Positions 16,387 through 22,022 of a DNA stretch of 24,007 nt are shown piece by piece. A program made the position numbers and the translations under genes. Within the stretch, counting starts at the first letter, position 1, and each line of letters opens with the position of its first letter. A model generated the notes under the pieces. It was not told the origin of the DNA. It did not search any database and saw only the letters and a list, made by a program, of their open reading frames with translations. The stretch is taken from positions 1 to 24,007 of IMG/VR virus record IMGVR_UViG_3300020045_003277. The stretch is one strand, 5' to 3'. The DNA comes from a virus. Its lineage: Duplodnaviria > Caudoviricetes.

Positions 16387-16417
16387 CAAATGTAAGTATA
16401 ATTATTTACATAACAAA
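16387..16417 (-). promoter_or_regulatory. promoter TTTG-N19-TACATTTG with palindromic spacer
   Basis: Consensus match; near-identical copy at 19815-19845. Confidence 0.75.
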
Positions 16418-16630
16418 ACTTTTTATAGCAAGATTATTTAATCTTTTTCTAGTTACTAACCCACCGTTAATATAATATGCGTTTCGTTTTTCGTTGTAAG
16501 TTAGTTTACGAAATACTTTAGTTCTTTTTGAGGGACAATGCTCTAATTGATATAACAAACCATCGTTTAAGCACACTATATTTTCATATATTTTAAAAGT
16601 TATAACTATCTTATTTTTAATGTTTTGCAT
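16406..16630 (-). CDS. basic hypothetical protein
   Basis: 74 aa ORF. Confidence 0.55.
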   Translation of the reverse strand: MQNIKNKIVITFKIYENIVCLNDGLLYQLEHCPSKRTKVFRKLTYNEKRNAYYINGGLVTRKRLNNLAIKSFVM

Positions 16631-16666
16631 AGTTTAGTATCGCTTAGTAGGTAGTTACCAGTAATG

Positions 16667-16855
16667 TTAAAAATCAACATCGGTAACTAAAAACGTTTCT
16701 TTGCAATCTTCACAAGTAACTTCTACATCTATTCCACTTGCTCTATGGTCATCATCCATAACCTCTCTTACTTCATCCATCACGTCTAATCCATAACCGC
16801 AATTAGGGCAAGTACATAAAACTTCTACATAACAACATGCTCTTACTTCTTTCAT
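16667..16855 (-). CDS. acidic zinc-ribbon protein (cassette A)
   Basis: CPNC...CEDC. Confidence 0.7.
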   Translation of the reverse strand: MKEVRACCYVEVLCTCPNCGYGLDVMDEVREVMDDDHRASGIDVEVTCEDCKETFLVTDVDF

Positions 16856-16887
16856 AATATTTAGTTTGTAACGAGAAACACTACTGG

Positions 16888-17013
16888 TAACAACAGCTAC
16901 ATTTCAGCGTTTTATTGGTGATTAATTTGATTATTTTTTTGTACTTCAATCATTCGGCAAATCCGAAGAATTGTGTGTGTTTGACCACGCCGAAATTGTA
17001 GCTGTGGACGTTA
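16888..17013 (-). repeat. attC-like site 1 (126 bp)
   Basis: TAAC-aaCAGCTACA-TTTCAGCGT ... ACGCCGAAA-t-TGTAGCTG-tggac-GTTA, with one extrahelical base. Confidence 0.75.
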
Positions 17014-17226
17014 TGTGATATTGCTACGTTCATCTTCTAAATGACGTTTTTCCAATTGATAGTAAATATCTGCAACCATCTTTGGAGTTGTCTTTTTATC
17101 ATAAGCCATTGCTTCTCCGCCATATAAAATGAATGCTCTTGAAATTTTAAATAAATGAAAAGAAATCCCAATAATATTGAGCATCAAGAAAAATGGTAAT
17201 CCGAGTATTCGTTTTAAATATTTCAT
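17011..17226 (-). CDS. small protein with hydrophobic N-terminus (cassette B, gene 2)
   Basis: 71 aa; its stop TAA is the TAAC core of site 1. Confidence 0.65.
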   Translation of the reverse strand: MKYLKRILGLPFFLMLNIIGISFHLFKISRAFILYGGEAMAYDKKTTPKMVADIYYQLEKRHLEDERSNIT

Positions 17227-17459
17227 TTTCTTTTCTTCTTTTTTGGCGTTAAATGCGTATTCTTTTTTCTTGTTTTTACAAAATTTCCTCTTTCATCTGT
17301 ATAATCAGGATTTTCAACTAAATAAGATTCATTTCCAGAACCGTATTTTTCAATCAAATGTCCGTAGGTGAATAATTCAGAAACTTTTTCTTTTGTTGTT
17401 CCTACTCTTTCGGCATATTCATTTATAAGCCTTTCTCTTTCTTCGTTTGTGTAACGCAT
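17223..17459 (-). CDS. hypothetical protein with basic tail (cassette B, gene 1; likely start MRYTNEE)
   Basis: ATG in an A-rich context; C-terminus NTHLTPKKKKRK. Confidence 0.65.
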   Translation of the reverse strand: MRYTNEERERLINEYAERVGTTKEKVSELFTYGHLIEKYGSGNESYLVENPDYTDERGNFVKTRKKNTHLTPKKKKRK

Positions 17460-17490
17460 AAATTTTAGTTTTAAAAACCACAACCTCACA

Positions 17491-17614
17491 TAACATACGC
17501 TTGTAGCAAGACTGCATTGTCTTGTGTTTGAGTGGTCAGGTTTAATTTATAAATTGTTTTTTGCTTGTATTATTGGTCTTGAATGAACGTCCGGCTATAA
17601 GCGACATAACGTTA
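17491..17614 (-). repeat. attC-like site 2 (124 bp)
   Basis: TAAC-ata-CGCTTGTAGC ... GCTATAAGCG-acataac-GTTA. Confidence 0.7.
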
Positions 17615-17623
17615 GTGATAATA

Positions 17624-17902
17624 TTACACCCAGCTAATTTTTTTAATTAATACATGCAATCCATCAATGTCTGATACAACATCTCCTTTTTGAGGTAAAT
17701 TACATGAAGATAGTTGTTTAGTTGTTTCAACTCCTTCTATTTTAAGAAGTAACCTACTACCTTTTGGTAAAAAACATTTTAAGTTTTTAGAAATAAACCA
17801 AGTTTTCTTAATTTCATTTCCAAAACAATATCTTAAAATACTATCACTAACAACCGTTTGTAGTGATTGGCAACTGTCTTGAATTTTAGTATTATTTTCC
17901 AT
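17624..17902 (-). CDS. hypothetical protein (cassette C), start inside attC-like site 3
   Basis: 92 aa; crosses the core at VVSDS. Confidence 0.6.
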   Translation of the reverse strand: MENNTKIQDSCQSLQTVVSDSILRYCFGNEIKKTWFISKNLKCFLPKGSRLLLKIEGVETTKQLSSCNLPQKGDVVSDIDGLHVLIKKISWV

Positions 17903-17968
17903 CTGTTTTTATTTGTTATAATTTATAAATCGGGCTTACTTTTCAACCACGACAAGCACTTACCGTTA
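17848..17968 (-). repeat. attC-like site 3 (121 bp)
   Basis: TAAC-aacc-GTTTGTAGTGATTG ... CAACCACGACAAGC-acttacc-GTTA. Confidence 0.65.
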
Positions 17969-18262
17969 CTCTTCAAAAGATTCATAATGTTTTTTCTCTA
18001 CTACTTCAAACTTCAATTGTCTGTCGATTATTTCTAATATTTTATAAAAATGATTCTCTGGAATAGGATTTCCTAATTTAGAGTTAAACCATCTTTGCCT
18101 TACTGTGCAAAATGAAGTCTTAGTTTTATTTGCAATAACTTTTAATACCGCTGTCTTATGCTTCATTAAAGCATATTTTTCTGTGATTTGTTTTTTATCA
18201 ATACACCAGTTCGTTTCGTTTGATTGCATGGTTAAATCTGTTTTTATTAATTTGCTTTTCAT
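17966..18262 (-). CDS. putative helix-turn-helix regulator (Cro-like)
   Basis: VLKVIANKTKTSFCTVRQRWF...IP; its stop TAA is the TAAC core of site 3. Confidence 0.55.
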   Translation of the reverse strand: MKSKLIKTDLTMQSNETNWCIDKKQITEKYALMKHKTAVLKVIANKTKTSFCTVRQRWFNSKLGNPIPENHFYKILEIIDRQLKFEVVEKKHYESFEE

Positions 18263-18630
18263 TATTTTAATAAGTTTAGGTGTTCGTGAATGTTTCCTAT
18301 TACTTCAAAAGAATGTGATGAAGTATTAAAAGAATGATGACAATCTTTTCCTGTATTAAAATGCCATCCATATCTCCAAAAAACAACATTTCCATTTTTA
18401 AAATAATTCGAATTTACAATATCCCCCTCATAAATATCTACTCCGTTTTTATCTTGTAGACCTGTAAACTGACCTATTGATTCTTTTATAACTTCAGTTA
18501 TGAAATCAATACTTTTTCCTATTTCTAAAATAGCGTGAATTTCTTCTTTTCCATTAGATGCTTTAATATAACATCCATAAACAAAAATTCCTTTTTCTTT
18601 TGAAATTCCTCTAAATTTAATTTCTCTCAT
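18262..18630 (-). CDS. YopX family protein
   Basis: MREIKFRG...GQFTGLQDKNGVDIYEGDI...EVIGNIHE. Confidence 0.9.
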   Translation of the reverse strand: MREIKFRGISKEKGIFVYGCYIKASNGKEEIHAILEIGKSIDFITEVIKESIGQFTGLQDKNGVDIYEGDIVNSNYFKNGNVVFWRYGWHFNTGKDCHHSFNTSSHSFEVIGNIHEHLNLLK

Positions 18631-18746
18631 TACATCATTTGTTTTAATTCATTTGGCATACATGATTTACCTCCAAATAAAAAGTTACTAATTTCTTCGT
18701 GCGATGTGTAGCCTAATGTGATAATGGCTAATAATAGTTTTTTCAT
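18630..18746 (-). CDS. small hypothetical protein (38 aa)
   Basis: Manual translation MKKLLLAIITLGYTSHEEISNFLFGGK...; TAATG-coupled. Confidence 0.5.
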   Translation of the reverse strand: MKKLLLAIITLGYTSHEEISNFLFGGKSCMPNELKQMM

Positions 18747-18748
18747 GG

Positions 18749-19159
18749 TTATTTGTTTAAAGTATTAATATCAATTGCTAAACCGTTTTCTATTAGTCCG
18801 TAAATATCAAAGTGCCATTCTAAAAGTTTTTGAGTTATCCATGTTGGTAAATTATGTTCTTTCACGTTATGTATTATATGTTCAGTCATTGCTAAAGGAC
18901 TTCCCTCCCATTTTCTTATCTTATTAAATCTTTCTGTGGGTACAAACTTTTCTTCATTAACTTCAATCTCTTTAGTAAGGTCTGAAAGTGGGCGAAGGAT
19001 TGGTTTTATGAATTTAATAGGCGTTTTACCTAATTCAAAAACTATATCTTCAAAAGATATTCCTAAAAGAGTATGAATATAAATATAATCCTTTCTTTTA
19101 AATTTCAAACCATAAGGTAAATAACCTGCTAAATGCTTAATCGTTAAATGTGTTTCCAT
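18749..19159 (-). CDS. hypothetical phage protein (KHLAxYLPYGL / KPILRPLSDLTKEI family)
   Basis: Motifs plus HFDIYGLIENGLAIDINTL C-terminus. Confidence 0.75.
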   Translation of the reverse strand: METHLTIKHLAGYLPYGLKFKRKDYIYIHTLLGISFEDIVFELGKTPIKFIKPILRPLSDLTKEIEVNEEKFVPTERFNKIRKWEGSPLAMTEHIIHNVKEHNLPTWITQKLLEWHFDIYGLIENGLAIDINTLNK

Positions 19160-19725
19160 GTTTTTCTTTTTAATATATAGTTAATAGTGTGCCAAGAAAC
19201 ATTATATTTTTTAGATGCTTTCAAAGCGTAATCTCTTTTATTATTGTAATTTTTTCTAATATTTATAACATCAGTTTCGCTTAATTTTGATCGAGGATGG
19301 TTAGAACCAATCTTACATAATGACATATTTTTTTTTGCTTCATCAGAAAATAAAATTCCTTTTCTTTTTTTACTCCAATTTAATTTAATTTTATCTGAAT
19401 GTTTAAATCCAAACATACTATTTGCAATTTCATTTATGTTAAATCCTTTTGACCTTATAAAAGATTGGTAAAAGTCTATATAAAATTGTTCTTTAATTAT
19501 TAAATATTCTTTATTACAAAAACAAAGATTTTCGAAATAAAAACTATTAGAATATTTATTGTAATGATTTTGCAAATATTTATTTCTATGTTCATTATGT
19601 TTTAAAGTACGCAAATGTTCATATATTCTATTATACATATTCACCGCTGACCCAATGTATACTTTATTGTTTATTGTATTTTTTATTATATAAATACCTG
19701 ATTTGTGTTTTAAATTATTATACAT
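19144..19725 (-). CDS. GIY-YIG homing endonuclease
   Basis: SGIYIIKNTINNKVYIGSA...R; EQFYID; GFN; NUMOD3-like FKHSDK; C-terminal HTH. Confidence 0.92.
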   Translation of the reverse strand: MYNNLKHKSGIYIIKNTINNKVYIGSAVNMYNRIYEHLRTLKHNEHRNKYLQNHYNKYSNSFYFENLCFCNKEYLIIKEQFYIDFYQSFIRSKGFNINEIANSMFGFKHSDKIKLNWSKKRKGILFSDEAKKNMSLCKIGSNHPRSKLSETDVINIRKNYNNKRDYALKASKKYNVSWHTINYILKRKTWKHI

Positions 19726-19732
19726 TTTTTAC

Positions 19733-19784
19733 AAATTAGAATTAAAATACAAATATACAAAAAAATATGTTTTAATTCTAATTT
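19733..19784. repeat. perfect 15-bp inverted repeat enclosing a TATATTTG promoter element (19750-19757)
   Basis: aaattagaattaaaa 19733-47 / ttttaattctaattt 19770-84. Confidence 0.75.
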
Positions 19785-19814
19785 CATAATTTCTATTTGT
19801 TTTATTTATATAAG

Positions 19815-19845
19815 CAAATGTAAACATAATTATTTACATAACAAA
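19815..19845 (-). promoter_or_regulatory. promoter TTTG-N19-TACATTTG (start of early region)
   Basis: Consensus match right after a terminator; ATGTAAA/TTTACAT palindrome. Confidence 0.75.
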
Positions 19846-19854
19846 ATAATTTAT

Positions 19855-19882
19855 AAAAAAACCCTCAAGTTAATGAAAGGTT
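19855..19882 (-). terminator. intrinsic terminator after the lysis module
   Basis: AACCTTTCA-ttaact-TGAGGGTT plus T tract on the - strand. Confidence 0.6.
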
Positions 19883-19978
19883 GATTTACGACTAGGGACA
19901 CCCCAATCCAATATATTAAGTACCTCACGTTTTTTACTTGGTGGCTACTCCCAAACCTAATACATATCAAATATACTA

Positions 19979-20350
19979 TTAAATTTTTAACTTAAACCAC
20001 AAAAATATAAATAAACAAGCAATAAAAAACATTGAAGAGTATAATATTGTGTGATCTGTTTTTTCTATTATTTTAGTTTGGTAAATTGTTTTAGTCCTAT
20101 AAATTATTTTAATTTTCCACTTTTCAACAACTTTGGTTGTCGAGTTTGAAACAATAACGTTTTTATACTTTTTCCCGCCTACTTTAAATGGTTTAGAGTT
20201 ATCAAAAGGTGTAAAAGTTAAGTTTGTACCTAAAACTATTTTCGAGCCCTCAGAGTACGTGTTATTTACTTCTATACTTCCGAGTTTTTCAGACTCTAAT
20301 TTTCGAGTACCACAGCCGAAAATTAGTATAAATATTAAAAGGTATTTCAT
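19979..20350 (-). CDS. lipoprotein with C-terminal transmembrane helix, u-spanin-like
   Basis: Signal peptide ending ILIFG-C, beta-rich middle, hydrophobic C-terminus; downstream of the endolysin. Confidence 0.65.
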   Translation of the reverse strand: MKYLLIFILIFGCGTRKLESEKLGSIEVNNTYSEGSKIVLGTNLTFTPFDNSKPFKVGGKKYKNVIVSNSTTKVVEKWKIKIIYRTKTIYQTKIIEKTDHTILYSSMFFIACLFIFLWFKLKI

Positions 20351-20360
20351 TTCATTTAAT

Positions 20361-20747
20361 TTAATTTAAAAGTAAGGTTTTATTTGCAGTCGTCCACCCA
20401 TTAATTAATAAAGCACCGTTTAATTTAGGCTCTAAATGTATTGTTTTACAATTATCAACATTACATTTTCTTTTTTGATATTCTTTTTTAGAATCATAAA
20501 TATTAATTCCGTCTAAATTAGCTTTGAAAAAAATAGGATCTTTTATAATATGCCCGCCTATTTCAATAGTATTAGTGATAACATAATCTTTGTGAATTAT
20601 TTCATTTTTGTCGTTATATATTTTTGTTAATCCTTTAGCTTCTATACTAAAAATATAACCTTTAATAATTGCGTCTGAAAGTGTTTTTACGTTTTGCGCT
20701 GAAATCGTAGCACTAATTAACAGTAATCCAATAATTAATTTTTTCAT
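20361..20747 (-). CDS. secreted hypothetical protein
   Basis: Sec signal MKKLIIGLLLISATISA/Q. Confidence 0.65.
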   Translation of the reverse strand: MKKLIIGLLLISATISAQNVKTLSDAIIKGYIFSIEAKGLTKIYNDKNEIIHKDYVITNTIEIGGHIIKDPIFFKANLDGINIYDSKKEYQKRKCNVDNCKTIHLEPKLNGALLINGWTTANKTLLLN

Positions 20748-20777
20748 AATTTACTTTTTAAAATATTGTTCTATATC

Positions 20778-21152
20778 CTACCATCGTGCTTTAGTTCCTC
20801 GAATATCGTAGTGTACAAAGTTTGGATATACGCCAATCCCTCCTTGTTTCATTTTACCTTTCAGAATTAATAATTCGATTACCTCGGCTAATTGTCTAGG
20901 CTCGTAACCTTCGGCGTTTATATCAGCACCAGAAGCCGTTAAATGCTGACTCACTTTTGCACCGCCTACTTTTTTATTATGTGCCGGTGTTCTATATCCA
21001 GAACCTGTAACCGCTACTGGTACATTTAAATAGTCACGTAATGCTTGTAGGTTGTTCGCAACCTCTTTTACGTTTAATAAATACTTTTCGGGTACTTTTG
21101 TGCCGTCTTTGCAATCGAACTCCTCAGAGTTAAAATTCTTAGTTAATTTCAT
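20778..21152 (-). CDS. endolysin, peptidase M15A family
   Basis: NF...EFDCKDG, SGYRTPAHN..VGGA..SQH...GADI, GIGVY..FVHYDIRG. Confidence 0.9.
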   Translation of the reverse strand: MKLTKNFNSEEFDCKDGTKVPEKYLLNVKEVANNLQALRDYLNVPVAVTGSGYRTPAHNKKVGGAKVSQHLTASGADINAEGYEPRQLAEVIELLILKGKMKQGGIGVYPNFVHYDIRGTKARW

Positions 21153-21490
21153 AATTCATGTTTTTTTCTGTAAGTTTCAAATTCTTCTTTTAAGCGATTA
21201 TATAATTTTTGTAATTCGTTAAATTTTCTTTTCCAAGTTTCTGACTCTTCAAAAATTATAGCGTTTCTCATGTTTAAATTATTAACATCTGATTGTAAAG
21301 AATCAACTGACTCACGCATTATAGCGTACTGCTTTTCATACTGAATAACGAACTTATCATACATTAATTGGTATTTAGTCAGGTTATCTAAATCTCCAGA
21401 TTTATGCTGTATTTTTTTAGCCCTATTGCCTCCAATAAAAGCAGCTAAAATACCCGTTAAATAAAGTGCGTCTTTCCAGTATTCAATCAT
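21149..21490 (-). CDS. membrane-anchored coiled-coil protein (holin/antiholin-like)
   Basis: N-terminal hydrophobic helix followed by coiled coil; ATGA-coupled to the endolysin. Confidence 0.55.
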   Translation of the reverse strand: MIEYWKDALYLTGILAAFIGGNRAKKIQHKSGDLDNLTKYQLMYDKFVIQYEKQYAIMRESVDSLQSDVNNLNMRNAIIFEESETWKRKFNELQKLYNRLKEEFETYRKKHEL

Positions 21491-21782
21491 TTTTCAAAAC
21501 ATTTCTAACATACCAAACGGAAGGCACAATTAAAATTAATAATAACTCGCTAAATTCTAAAATTGTATTTGAATTACAAATTTCCTGTATTAAATTACCC
21601 AAAGATAGTTGAAAAAAGCAAAACTTAACAAAACTTTTTTTATCATTATAAAATAAATACGTACATAGGATTAATATAGTTATTGCATTTCCTAAGAAGA
21701 AAACATAATCACCGAAAAATTCCCAAAATAAATAAGTAACAATACTTAATATTAATCCTATGTACAATATTGATTTAGGCAT
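21483..21782 (-). CDS. multi-pass membrane protein in the lysis module
   Basis: 3-4 hydrophobic segments. Confidence 0.6.
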   Translation of the reverse strand: MPKSILYIGLILSIVTYLFWEFFGDYVFFLGNAITILILCTYLFYNDKKSFVKFCFFQLSLGNLIQEICNSNTILEFSELLLILIVPSVWYVRNVLKND

Positions 21783-21996
21783 TCGGATCTTTTTTAGGTG
21801 GTCTTGTGCCTATTAATTTACTTGTTCCGCTAACATCTTTATCCTTTGCGAATAATCCAAAAAAAGTAGCTATAGCAGCAAATACTAAAGTCTTCCAATC
21901 TCTCTGAATATCAAAATCGCCGTTAGTAATTATAGGCTGTGCTACTAGCCAAAAAGCTGCTAAAAATCCAATTACTGTTGTTTTCCAATTTCTCAT
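21775..21996 (-). CDS. holin-like two-TM protein
   Basis: MRNWKTTVIG...FAKD, two hydrophobic helices, charged tail. Confidence 0.6.
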   Translation of the reverse strand: MRNWKTTVIGFLAAFWLVAQPIITNGDFDIQRDWKTLVFAAIATFFGLFAKDKDVSGTSKLIGTRPPKKDPNA

Positions 21997-22022
21997 ATTT
22001 ATTTAATTTAATTGTTTAATTA

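Larger units (their letters stand above)
16654..17968 (-). mobile_element. integron-like gene cassette array (3 cassettes, 3 complete attC-like sites)
   Basis: Perfect cassette-bounding IRs GTTACCAGTA/TACTGGTAAC, GTTATGTGA/TCACATAAC, GTTAGTGATA/TATCACTAAC; 121-126 bp hairpin sites between them. Confidence 0.75.

Noticed and set aside
16654-17968. CRISPR array or MITEs as the explanation for the repeated sites
   Set aside because: No identical direct repeats with 30-40 bp spacers; the extended inverted repeats bound the genes rather than the hairpin sites, and no target-site duplications are evident.
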